Below, one piece after another: positions 39,951 to 52,125 of a stretch of 64,000 nt of DNA. The first letter of the stretch is position 1. Each line of letters opens with the position of its first letter. The stretch lies in NCBI RefSeq assembly GCF_009914755.1, contig NC_060927.1, one strand, 5' to 3'. Source of the stretch: the human T2T-CHM13v2.0 reference genome, Homo sapiens. The notes beneath the pieces are model-generated. The model was given only the letters and a program-made list of their open reading frames with translations. It was not told where the DNA came from and did not search any database. A program made the position numbers and the translations under genes.

Positions 39951-40120
39951 AAGAACAGGAACAGGAACAGGAAGGAAAGGAAAGGAAAGGAACGGAAAGG
40001 GGGAGGGAGGGAGGAAGGGAGGGAGGCGGGAGGAGGGAGGGTGGGAGGAATGAAGGAAGGAAGGAAGGAAGGAAGGAAGGAAAGGAAGGAAGGAAGGAAA
40101 GGGAAAGAAAGAAAAAAGAA
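39948..40120. repeat. Polypurine tract with (GGAA)7 + (GGAA)4 runs
   Basis: (GGAA)7 at 40055-40082, (GGAA)4 at 40084-40099, plus GGAAA/GGGA runs. Confidence 0.95.
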
Positions 40121-40669
40121 ATTGGGCACTGTTTGCTCTTGGCCTCTCCTAATGTCCTATTTACTTAGAGGTACTGCTGGGACTGATTCTGGGTCTCCCA
40201 CCTTCCAGCTCTGCCTTCTCTTTCCTGTACAGCATCACCCCCTCTCAGCAATGTCAGGTCACTTATAATGTTCTCACTCCATGCATAGGCAGGTTACAAA
40301 TTACAGCCTAGTGATCTAGAAATTGCAAACTCAAATGAATGAAGTCCAATGAGAAGCAAGGATCAAGATGTCAGAAAATCCTCAAGTTCATTGAGCTTAA
40401 ATATAAAAGGAGAGGGCAATATTGAAACAAATTTCTTACATATAAATGTCACCCAGCAGCATTGCCATCTGCTCCCAAATAAAGCTTGTGTCTAGATAAG
40501 GAAACCTCATTTATATGGACAATATAATGAATCTAAGTATCCATAATAGTGTTCCACAGCACTTATTTCCCTCTCACCATGGTTCTCCTTTCCCTAATTT
40601 GCCCTGACCTTTTTAGGTGAAGTTTCTTATTGAAGGCAGATTTTTTTCCTTGTGTTCTCTTTATCATTC

Positions 40670-40870
40670 AAATTTTCTTTCATGCATTTCTCTGTGTACT
40701 TCTTATTCTTTAATCCTTATTTCTTTTTCTTATGCTTTCCTCTCTTCCCATTTCTTCCTCCTTCTTTCCTTTTTTCTCCTTTTATGCTCTCAATTCACTT
40801 CTTTATATCTCAACATGTCCCCGTCTCTCTAAGTCTTTATGTCTCTCTACCTTTCATCTTATCCCTCTCC
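40670..40870. repeat. CT-rich low-complexity tract
   Basis: Pyrimidine-dominated plus strand. Confidence 0.6.
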
Positions 40871-43800
40871 GTTGAAATGTGTTTTCTGTGCACAGTACTA
40901 TGGTACTTGAGGAATTGGGAATAAAATGACCTGGATCCAAACACAAGCCCTCTTGCCCAACTAAGCTAAACACAGAAGAGTTGGTATTTTATTCTTGTTC
41001 CCTGCTCCTCTTAAATAGCCATGTCTATTTCCAAATGAAAAGTCTGCTAATGACCTAGCAGGTTCCCAGTGTAGATAGGATCCAATTATCTGCTATTTGG
41101 CACACAATGGTCTTTCTGTCTGCCAGCCATGTACCAGGGGGTGAAAATAGCATGTCTACTTTATTCCTGAGCGTCAGGGTGTTTTTCTACTAGAAAAAAA
41201 AAATAAAACCCTGAAAAATAGTTTTGAAACTCAGAGTATTTTACTCAAAAGGTCAAAGATTCATTGGAATTTAATTTTCTTTTTCTTGTTATTTTTAAGT
41301 TGTCATTTTTCTGTAATATTAGTTGTGCTGTGTGTATATTTTCAGCCTGAGTTTTCTTTGTTCCTTACTACTAGATTTTGCCTTAAACTCATAATCCTGA
41401 CTGCTTTTCACATTGTTCATTTTCCCATGGCAACAGAGATGCAAATGAATAATTCTGGTGTTACTGTGGGGAAGAAAAGAAGAACCTGTGTGTGACTCAT
41501 ACAAGAAAATCTGTTATTCAAGAATAAATATCGCAGCAGTAATAATAAAGGTCAGCACTCCCATCTCACCCAAGGAAGTCAATGAGAGATACACACAGGT
41601 GGTTGAGGACAGGCTGTTAGTCCTCAGTGAGTGGTGAATCTTGTTGGTCAAGTGAATTGCCCTCATTTTTCTGTTAGAGGTTGTGGACTATTTTTCTTTA
41701 CAAGGGAAGCACTTTATTTATTTATTTATTCATTCATTCATTTACTTATTTATTTATTTTGAGGGTAGAGCGTGTCATTGAAAGGTACCTGACCCAAAAA
41801 GATAAGTCTATCTAATGTGCTTGCTTACTGAAGCACAAACTTAAGCTCTCTCCTCCTATGATTATGAGAGTTCTTCGCCATTTCTACCCATCAGCTCACA
41901 TTCCTGACATCAGCAGAAGTTCACTGATGCTTCAATGACCTAGACAAGAGCAGTAATTTTCTGCCCTGTGCAGTCTCTCAAAGGTTAAAAATTCTAATTG
42001 CTACTAAGGATTTCCTGCAAAAAGAGATGTTTAAAATCCTTATTGGAAGGTCCACTTCACTGTGCACAGAGGAAGTGTATTCGTGCACAGAGGAGGTATT
42101 CATTCCTTCTGTGAAACATAAACACTCACCCCTCCAGATTAGCCCGTGGTACATTTGTTCTTGGGCAGTTCGATGTGGATGAATCTTGTGAGACAGGGAA
42201 GCCATGGTAAGTATGCTGTCCTGGGTGTTCTGTCTCAGGACTTTCTTCTGCTGCCCAGGGCACTGCTATTCCATCATCTAGCATGCTGCTACAGCTGCAG
42301 AAGGCAGACAGAGATCTGATACATTCAGGGCACCCACATCTATGAGGAAAATGGATGAAAGATCAAAGAACACCCTCCCATCACCACGCTTCCAGCATCA
42401 CCAACATAGGATGCCATCTTATGTGAATATCGACTAGGGCTTGTGTAATTGTAGCTCATAAAGCAGGATCTTTTCCATAGATACATATTTTTCATAAGGT
42501 ATATTTCTTCAGAATTTCTAGATTTGAATGATATAGCTGTGGCTATTCTGTTATTATTAGAAACTTAATCCAATCATTCTTTATTAAAAAAAGATTTCCA
42601 TAGCAACACAGACACAAAACAAATTTCCTGGGTAGATATTATAATTTGTTTCAGATAATATAGAAATTCTATTGGAGTCATTATTTTAAAATTACAATTA
42701 TTATACAGACTTTTTTATCATAGCATTAATATTAACAGTTTTAAAATGAATTCATGCCAAAAATACAATTTTATATCTTTCTATTAGACATAAGAGACAA
42801 CAGACTTGTATCTACATAAGTAAAATTAAATCAGATGGTGATTTTTAATGAAATATGTGTTTTTCTCCAAATCTTTTTCTTTTGGAGCAGTAGGGCTTTT
42901 TGTTTTGTTTTGTTTTTAATTTTACAAAATTGACCTATTATTACCCCAAGTATTTTCTTGATAACTTCTAATTCCAGAGCAATTTTGTTGTTCTTTAAAA
43001 ACAATTAATCAGAATAGATTTTAACATTGTACAACACTCTAAACTTGCTTCCAGAGGAAGAAATATTCTTTGCATATCAAAAAAATTTTAACCTAAAATG
43101 TGATTAGCAAAAGCATGGATTAATTGTGTTTCCACTGATGTAAAGAAATCTTCATTGAACATTCCAGCCGATCAGCCACTGGATTAGTGCATAGGATAAA
43201 TGCATCCACGGATGTTAACTGAAGTCCTACATGTTCTCAGTAGAGTGTGTCAGATTCTGTTGGTATTTGCTCCACTAAACATAGGGTTGGGGTTTTTTGA
43301 TAATAAAGTTTGGGGTGAAAGTCTTGAGACAGCATAAGCTCATGAGGAAGCAAAAATGTAATCTGATTAGCAGGATTTGTATCTATGCATGGTAAATTAT
43401 AGAAGATTGTGGTCTTTCCGTGACTAATGCCCTAGAAAAGCTTCACAGATGAAAACTTTGATCGTTAACACGGATACTCTTTCATCTCTAAAACAGCTTA
43501 GTATATTACCTACCACAACTTTTCAACTTTTTAATTTCTAGGCAAGTAAAACATTAAAATGCATATTAACTAAACTTCAAACAGGTTTTTTTTAGATGTC
43601 ACCTGAAAATCTTTTTGGATTACTCATTTCCAGTTATCATATCCTAGTCTGCAGGGGCTTATTAAAGAAGGATTTAAATGTAATAGGCACCAATGAGTTG
43701 GCAGAAATAGAACACAGAAAACTAGTCACATGATCACAGGATCGTGAAGTCTCTTGATCCAGAAATTATGTAACTGTACTGAACACAAAATAGTTAGCAA

Positions 43801-46800
43801 ACTATTGTGGCATTTTTATTAATTTGAATATGATTCAAAATTTTAAAAAAAATTTTTATATGTTCAACTAATATCTTAAATAACATGAAAATACATTGTG
43901 GTTTTTCTAATCTTAGGGATCCACTGAAATTTCCTCTTAAGAAAATTTAGATATTCAAAACAATACACTTGAAGATTTAGCATTGATTGTATCATATTCT
44001 GTTTTTAGAATACAATTAGCTTGAGGTTAAAGTTAAATATTATAACATTGCAATTTTCAAAAAGAAAATGGAGATGTTTAGATTTGCATTACTCACTCTT
44101 ACTTCAGCACCTCTTCTATACTTAGTACATAAAACTCTCCAAATGTAATATAAATTAGAAGTTTTAATTTTTGTTAACATTTAAAAATCAAAGTAATTAT
44201 TGTTATTGCAGAAAAGAATATGCATATTATGGTAGTAATTTTTAAGGTTTTCAACTCCTCAGGACTTTTCAGTGATTTTGCTGTCATAGTATCTGTATAT
44301 GTGTTGGTCTTTTGTATATATTTTTAAATTGCGTTAATATAGACATTTGTAAGTTATGCTTTACAATAGCAAAAATGAACTAAATCACCTGTAAGTATGT
44401 CCCTTATCTAATTTCTGTGTTTTTGTATCTGAAAAGAAAATACCTAGACAGATGACTAATTTGTATATATTAAATAGGAAATACAGTGGCACTTAAATTC
44501 TGATTAGACAATATGTATCTTTTTTATTTTAATATGTTTCCACAATATATACTAGAGAAAGCCTATTTTTAAGTATGTCCCAGAACTGCTAAGTTCAACC
44601 TTATAGGATTCTCGTGAGTATCACTGAAATAACTACACGTAAAGTGCTTCAATTCAGTGCCCAGCAACCAGAGCCCAGTAGGCATGGCCACTATTATTTG
44701 TATTAAATATTTTAATCAACATAGATGGAGTGGACATGAAAATTATGTGATTAATTTGTTCACTGTAGAACCCAAAATCAAATTTAGCAACTGAGAAAAT
44801 ACTTCAATTATTAAAGTCCAGATGAATCTGGTAAAAATCTCCCAATAAGATGACAACGTTTGTTTCAAACCAGCAAATAAGAACATGGACTCTGATTTTA
44901 GATCAAGAAAATGCAGCATGTATTCTCAAAATAATCACAGATAATCTTCTAAGCAGGTAACTCCAAAATCCCTGAGGAGGCATTGTGTTCCTTTCTTCAC
45001 TGGGTCTCCTCTGCATGCAGTGACAGGGGAGAAATCAGATACTGGGCTCGAGGATCACACCAACTTCAAGCCACCAAGGTCAAGGAGGCAACATCAGGCA
45101 CCTTGGAAGCAGATCAATCCTTGGCAAAACTGAATTTCGTTTTAGCTAGAGCACCTTTTTATCTTTTACCTCATACTACACCAGGGGGTTCATAGCCCAC
45201 CCCCTCTTATTTGCTCAAGACCTCTCATCCCTGCTGTCCACCAAGGCCCCCAGCCAAGACAAGGAAAGAGGGCCTGTGTCCTACACTCAGCCCCCACTGC
45301 TGTTCATTTTAAACTGCTTTGCAAACCTATCAGTGCTCTATAGAAGTTACCTCTCAGAGTCTCCCTCGGCTTGCTTTTCAGCTACCGGTAAAATAATTTA
45401 TGATAAGTTCTTCTTTGATGAGAACAGTCTGCTGTGCTTCCCAGCATAACTGGTATTCTGAAGACCTGTGTGGAATGGGGAAAAGAGCATTAGAACCTAG
45501 GGAGTACCACATGTTCCTGTCATTGTGAAACTGATAGACTCTTGGAAGCAAGGGTGTGCCTTTGTTTACCCAGCAAAACCCAGCGCAGGGTCTGGCAAAA
45601 TGTAGACAGACTCTCAATTGGAGTGAGCCTCTTGGGTTCAAGAGTAAGTACTTCTGGTTGAAAGTCTGAAGTATGATATCCTCCATACTTGCCTTATTCC
45701 CCCTGGACTGGTCTCAGGATTACCATGGAAACACACACATCAATCAAAGATCCACAATGAGTAAAACAACCCCGCCCAGCCACAGAGACTGCCAGTTGAC
45801 TTGTGGGAGAAGTGAAGGAATGTTAAAAGTTCTTTTTCTTTTTCTTCTTCTTCCAGAGTGGTGAGATTTTGAAACTGAATGGTGCTCATGTCTGGAGGTG
45901 TTTTATACATTGTTTTTTTGTTTAGCTCATTCATGAAAAAAAAAAAAAAAAGACAAGCATTGGATACAAAAAGTGCAATATTGAGTAAAGATAACATGCT
46001 TGGCTGGTGTACCGCTCTCTCCCCATTGTATCTCCTGGTGTAATGGCCCTGCCCAGATCCTACACAAAATAAGACCCTAACAGGTTCTTCAGCCACAGGC
46101 ACAGGATTTGGCATAAAGTAGGCACTCAATACATTTCTATCAAATCAATGCACCTGTACTAAGATACAGACAGAATGCAGATTTATTCTCAGCTCAATTA
46201 GAAATAAAATGAATATGTTTTTCATTACAAAGAAATTGATTCATGTCATATTGCCAAGCCAAATGTGTGAACTGAATGGACTTTATGATAGTCAAAATGT
46301 ATATGGCTTCTATATACAGAGGCCACAGGCTATGAGAAATTTCCCCAACAGGAATATTTTGTACTCTAGGATATTTTTCTTATCTCATTCTTCAAGTAAG
46401 ACAGTCAGAGACAATTGTCCCCAAAGATATTTGCTTGTACCTTTTCATAGCTATTAATAATTTTTTGTTCATGTGTCTTGCTGTCTCAACAAACGACAAT
46501 CTCTTATGCCTCTTTCAACCCCTCATGGTGTCAAGCGCAGAAATTTGCACATTCTAGGCCTTCAGTAAAAGTTGAATTAATATTCTTGTTAGAGATGTAC
46601 AAATGAATTTCTCTTAATTGAAATATATGCAAACTAGAACTGCTTGCCAAGTTCTAATTGGTAAAAAATGCAAACGCTGCATGTATTTGGTTTGCTTTCT
46701 TTGAATACTGCCTGTATTTTTCAAACCCCTTGACACATTATAAAGCAAACCTTTAGCAAAAAGCAAATCAATTTATTTTAACAGAGACTCCTTAAGAATG

Positions 46801-47628
46801 CCTTTTGGGGGCATGAATGGATGATATAAAATGGGCATCTGCTCCCCATTATTTCCAGGTCATGAAAATATCATTCAATTCCAATTCTATGCTTCCTGCG
46901 TGACCACCCAAATCAAAGCAGCAGTCTGACTTTACATTCCCATTTCAAACAGAGAATCATCTGTGGGAGGTAGGGAGATATGGTTGAATTAGATTAGGTC
47001 AAACTTTTATTTCACTTAAGAAACGATGTACCAAATCTGCAAAGCAAAGGGCAGGGGTGAGGATAATCTGATTTGTTACTGTAACTTAATAAGTTTATTC
47101 AGACAAAAAGATAAAACAGCAGGTGGTCACTCAAATGGCAGGTGAAGGTAGATGACTCACCATTACTGCAGCCAATATGACCCCCTTCCAAACACCCAAT
47201 TTAGATCTGATTGGCATTACTTTAGAAAGCTAAGTCTAGGGTCAGATATAGGGCAGGTTCTCACTGGAATTTTCTAGTGCTCTCTAATATTACTGGTGCA
47301 TAGCTGGCCTAAGTAGCTTGTATTTATAAATCTGACAGCCTACTTATATGTTGCCTTCAAAGAGGTACAACTATTGCAAGATAGCGCCATTATAGGGAAA
47401 AAAAAAAAAAAGGAGAACAATAATTTATCAATCATGAGGCCCAGAAGGTAAACACAATGCCTAGAACCTCAATTCAATCAGCAAAGGCCCAAAGGATATC
47501 ATCAGCAGACCTAAAAGAACTGAATGTTTATCTTTCTATTCCTTTGTTTGTGAGGGTGTTTAGTATTATATGATGCAGGGAGCAATGTGTGTAACGTGGT
47601 GATATAGGCAGGTGGTAATTCTGTATTT

Positions 47629-47954
47629 TATTTTCTTTTGTTTTCCTTTTCTGTTGTTGTTGTTTCTTTTTTTAGACAGGGTCTGGTTCTGTTGCCCAGG
47701 CTGGAGTGTAGTGGCATGGTCTAGGCTCACCGCAGCCTCTGCCTCCCAGGCTCAACATCCTCCCACCTCAGCCTCCCGAGTAGCTGGGACTATAGGAACA
47801 TGCCACCAGGCCCAGCTAATTTTTGTATTTTTTTAATAGAAACAGAGTTTTGCCATGTTGCCCAGGCTGGTCTCAAACTGCTGAGCTCAAACAATTCACC
47901 CGCTTCAGTCTCCCAAAGTGCTGGGATTACAAGTGTGAACCACCGTGCCCGACC
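47629..47954 (-). mobile_element. AluJ with 13-bp TSD
   Basis: 'agacagggtctgg...caggctcaa-catcctcccacctcagcc...gagctcaaacaatt'; TSD TAATTCTGTATTT at 47616-47628 and 47955-47967. Confidence 0.95.
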
Positions 47955-48350
47955 TAATTCTGTATTTCCTACTTAGGCATTGCTACTTTTGTTTTGATTT
48001 GTTAAAACCTACCTCCATCCTTCCTTCTGACTGCACTATAACTCTGCTTCTTTCTTATTGTATTTTATCACTATGCATTATATACACTTTAGATCAGTGT
48101 ATAGAGCATCACGAGGTTTGTTGCTTGTCAGTACTCATTAGCATAAAAATAATATTCATCCCGTATTTTCCAGTGGGTATCTCCATCACACAGTGGCAAG
48201 CAAATTCCTGCAGGTAAATGCCTAACAAAGTTGTGAGGTCAGATGAGAATATGTATTTATTGGAGTAGACTTATATTGTCACTTGAGAAAAGATGCTGTT
48301 CACCACATTGGTACATGCCCACAGCCTACCCTGGTGTCTATCAACCTTTC

Positions 48351-48661
<311 letters not shown>

Positions 48662-48689
48662 TGTCTATTTACCTTTCCACCTGCATCCT

Positions 48690-49152
48690 CTATCACCCTC
48701 ATCCAAACCACAATGTCCTGGGCACCTTGGCATTATCTTTCTTTCTAGGCACACCAAGATCATTTTTATCTTACAGATGTTTTGATGCCTTTTCCTGGAA
48801 AGTTCTTACCCCAAATCATCACATTATAGGTTCCCCTTAACACGTAAGTATGAGTTCAAATACCTTTTTCATAAAATTCACATCATCTGTATCCTCCAAC
48901 TCCATCCTCACTCACAAGCATCAGTTTTTATTTGTCATATCCCCTTGTTTGAAAGTCTTCATATCACTTATCACTATCTGAATTTACCACATTTACTTTC
49001 TTATTTGTTCTCAGTGTATTTGTGTCTCCCCATTGTGAAAGATACAGGGGATGAAGGCTGTTGTCTATATTATTCACTGGTGTAGTTCCAGCACCTTCAG
49101 GTATATCTGGCACACAATATTTATACAACAAATATTTGTTGAATAAATGAAT
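48690..49152 (+). mobile_element. L2 3' fragment
   Basis: Ends in the L2 tail 'ttcactggtgtagttccagcacct...ctggcacac...aaatatttgttgaataaatgaat'. Confidence 0.75.
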
Positions 49153-49470
49153 ATGCCCTTCAAAGTGTATAGTAGGCCAGATTAATGGAGGCAACTGGTG
49201 TTGGCAATGGTGGCAGGGGATGGAACAGGACTGCCTATTGTCCACGATGACTAGATTTTCTGAGGCCCTGAAATGTCACAGAATTTAAAAGCTGCAAAAA
49301 GCTTGAGGCCCAAAGAAAACAAGATCTTCCATCTCTTTATTAATAATTGGCAGAACAGAGATAGCTCCAAAGTCTTTCTACTGTTTTTCTTCTCCCTACC
49401 AGCTCTCACCTTCAGAGCTTGGGACTCTAAACTGTTCCTAGCTTTATATCAAGTAGCAGTTAAAAAAATA

Positions 49471-49652
49471 CAGTTACATGCCACATAATGACATTTTATC
49501 AACGCCAGAGCAACAGGACAAATCTTCTATATGAGGGTGGTCCCATAAGATTATAACACATTCTTTTTACTGTACCTTTTCTAGGTTTAGATACACAAAT
49601 ACTTACCATTGTGTTGCAGTTTCCTTCAGTATTCAGTACAATAACATGCTAG
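49471..49652 (+). mobile_element. Tigger3a (MER7A/Golem) left part
   Basis: TA + 'cagttacatgccacataatgac...ggtggtcccataagattataa...tttttactgtaccttttct...agatacacaaatacttaccattgtgtt'. Confidence 0.85.
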
Positions 49653-51506
49653 TGTGTCCGGAATTGGTGGGTTCTTGGTCTCACTGACTTCAAGAATGAA
49701 GCCGCGGACCCTCGCGGTGAGTGTTACAGCTCTTAAGGTGGCGCGTCTGGAGTCTGTCCCTTCTGATGTTCAGATGTGTTCGGAGTTTCTTCCTTCTGGT
49801 GGGTTCGTGGTCTCGCTCGCTCAGGAGTGAAGCTGCAGATCTTCGCGGTGAGTGTTACAGCTCATAAAAGCAGCGTGAACCCAAAGAGTGAGCAGTAGCA
49901 AGATTTACTGCAAAGAGCGAAAGAACAAAGCTTCCGCAGTGTGGAAGGGGACCCCAGCGGGTTGCCAATGCTGGCTCTGGCAGCCTGCTTTTATTCTCTT
50001 ATCTGGCCCCACCCACATCCTGCTGATTGGTAGAGCCGAGTGGCCTGTTTTGTCAGGGTGCTGATTGGTGCGTTTACAATCCCTGAGCTAGGCGCAAAGG
50101 TTCTCCAGGTCCCCATCAGATTAGTTAGATACAGAGTTTCCACACACAGGTTCTTCAAGGCCCCACCAGAGCAGCTAGATACAGAGTGTCGGTTGTTGCA
50201 TTCACAAACCTTGAGCTAAACACAGGCTGCTGATTGGTGTGTTTACAAACCTTGAGCTAGATACAGAGTGCCGATTGGTGTATTTACAATCCCTGAGCTA
50301 GACATAAAGGTTCTCCACGTCCCCACCAGAGCAGCTAGATACAGAGTGTCGATTGGTGCACTCACAAACCTTGAGCTAAACACAGGGTGCTGATTGGTGT
50401 ATTTACAATCCCTGAGCTAGACATAAAGGTTCCCCAAGGCCCCACCAGAGCAGCTAGATACAGAGTGTCGATTGGTGCACTCACAAACCTTGAGCTAAAC
50501 ACAGGGTGCTGATTGGTGTATTTACAAACCTTGAGCTAGATATAAAGGTTCTCCACATCCCCATCAGATTAGTTAGATACAGAGTTTCGACACACAGGTT
50601 TTCCAAGGCCCCACCAGAGCAGCTAGATACAGAGTGTCGATTAGTGCACTCACAAACCTTGAGCTAAACACAGGGTGCTGATTGGTGTGTTTACAATCCC
50701 TGAGCTAGACATAAAGGTTCTCCAAGGCCCCACCAGAGCAGCTAGATACAGAGTGTCGATTAGTGCACTCACAAACCTTGAGCTAAACACAGGGTGCTGA
50801 TTGGTGTGTTTACAATCCCTGAGCTAGATATAAAGACTCTCCACATCCCCACCAGACTCAGGAGCCCAGCTGGCTTCACCCAGTAGATCCCGCACTGGGG
50901 CTGCAGGTGGAGCTGCCTGCCAGTCCCGCGCCATGCGCTCGTACTCCTCAGCCCTTGGGTGGTCGATGGGACTGGGTGCCATGGAGCAGGGGGTGGTGTT
51001 CGCCCGGGAGGCTCGGGCTGCACAGGAACCCACGGAGGCGGGGGAAGGCTCAGGCATGGCGGGCTGCAGGTCCCTAGCCCTGCCCCGCGGGAGGGCAGCT
51101 AAGGCCCGGCGAGAAATGGAGCACAGCGCCGGTGGGCCGGCACTGCTGGGGGACCCAGTACACCCTCCGCAGCTGCTGGCCCGGGTGCTAAGCCCCTCAC
51201 TGTCCGGGGCCAGCAGGGCTGGCCGGCTGCTCTGAGTGCGGGGCCCTCCAAGCCCACGCCTACCCGGAACTCCAGCTGGCCCGCAAGCGCCGTGCGCAGC
51301 CCGGGTTCCCGCCCGCGCCTCTCCCTCCACACCTCCCCGCAAGCTGAGGGAGTGGGCTCCAGCCTTGGCCAGCCCAGAAAGGGGCTCCCACAGTGCAGTG
51401 GTGGGCTGAAGGGCTCCTCAAATGCTGCCAAAGTGGGAGCCCAGGCAGAGGAGATGCCAAGAGCAAGCGAGGGCTCTGAGGACTGCCAGCATGCTGTGAC
51501 CTCTCA
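49653..51506 (-). mobile_element. Solo LTR12C (ERV9/HERV9 LTR), 4-bp TSD CTAG
   Basis: Minus strand starts TGAGAGGTCACAGCATGCTGGCAGTCC and ends CCAATTCCGGACACA. CTAG at 49649-49652 and 51507-51510. CpG-rich 5' part at 50880-51350. Confidence 0.97.
49960..50860 (-). promoter_or_regulatory. LTR12C U3 enhancer/promoter: tandem CCAAT (NF-Y) / GATA-like array and AATAAAA TATA-like box
   Basis: About 10 intact plus-strand ATTGG (CCAAT on the minus strand) between 50020 and 50810, recurring 'ctagata'; AATAAAA on the minus strand at 49989-49995. Function inferred from known ERV9 LTR biology. Confidence 0.7.
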
Positions 51507-51624
51507 CTAGGCTGTATCATTTAGGTTTGTGTAAGTGTATCCCATGATGTTTGCACAATGATGAAATCACCTAAGGATGCATCTCTCAGAATGTATCCCT
51601 GTCATTATCAACATACAGAGATGT
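51507..51624 (+). mobile_element. Tigger3a right part
   Basis: 'taggtttgtgtaagt...atgatgtttgcacaatgatgaaatcacctaaggatgcatctctcagaatgtatccctgtc'. Confidence 0.85.
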
Positions 51625-52125
51625 TTATTAGTTTTCTATAGCTGCTACAGTAAGTTACCACAAATATAATGGATTAAAACAACACAAAGTTATTTTATTA
51701 CAATTGCACATGTCAGAATTCTGACACTGGTTCCATTAGATTAAAATGAGGCATCAACAGAGATGTGTTCCTTCCTGAAGGGGAATCCATTTCTTTGCCT
51801 CCTGCATCTTCTAGGAGCTACCTACAATCCTTGGCTTATGACCTCTTCTTCCATCTTCAAATGCTGCAAGGCTGGTCAGGTCCTTTTCATATCATACCGC
51901 TCTGACCTTCTCTTCTGCCTTTCTCTTTGACACTTAAAGGCCCCTGTGATTACATTAGACCCACCTGGATAATCCAGGATACTATCCTTATTTAAAAGTC
52001 AGTTAATTAACCATCTTAATTCTATAAGCAACTTTAACTCTCCTTTGCCACATATGGTAGCATATTCACAAACTCTGAGGATTAGGATGTGGACATCATC
52101 AGAGGCCTTTTTTCTGCCTATCACA
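51623..52125 (-). mobile_element. MLT1D-like MaLR LTR
   Basis: 'attagttttctatagctgct...gtgattacattagacccacctggataatccaggat...ggattaggatgtggacatc...ctgcctatcaca'; about 500 bp. Confidence 0.85.

Noticed and set aside
39860-40268. E/G/R/K-rich ORFs
   Set aside because: Translation of Alu and GGAA microsatellite.
42061-42101. Short duplication GTGCACAGAGGA..GTATTC x2
   Set aside because: Ordinary ~21-bp slippage duplication with no further structure.
45936-45951. A-runs near 33909, 45936 and 47398 as retroposed tails
   Set aside because: No flanking TSD or upstream inserted body seen, unlike the A30 at 35639.
50020-50860. CRISPR-like repeat-spacer array
   Set aside because: The apparent spacers are themselves repeated, and the array is the normal U3 tandem region of LTR12C; there are no cas genes.
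50769-51520. Overlapping 72-172 aa ORFs and a CpG island suggesting a gene start
   Set aside because: Entirely within GC-rich LTR12C sequence, where stop codons are scarce.
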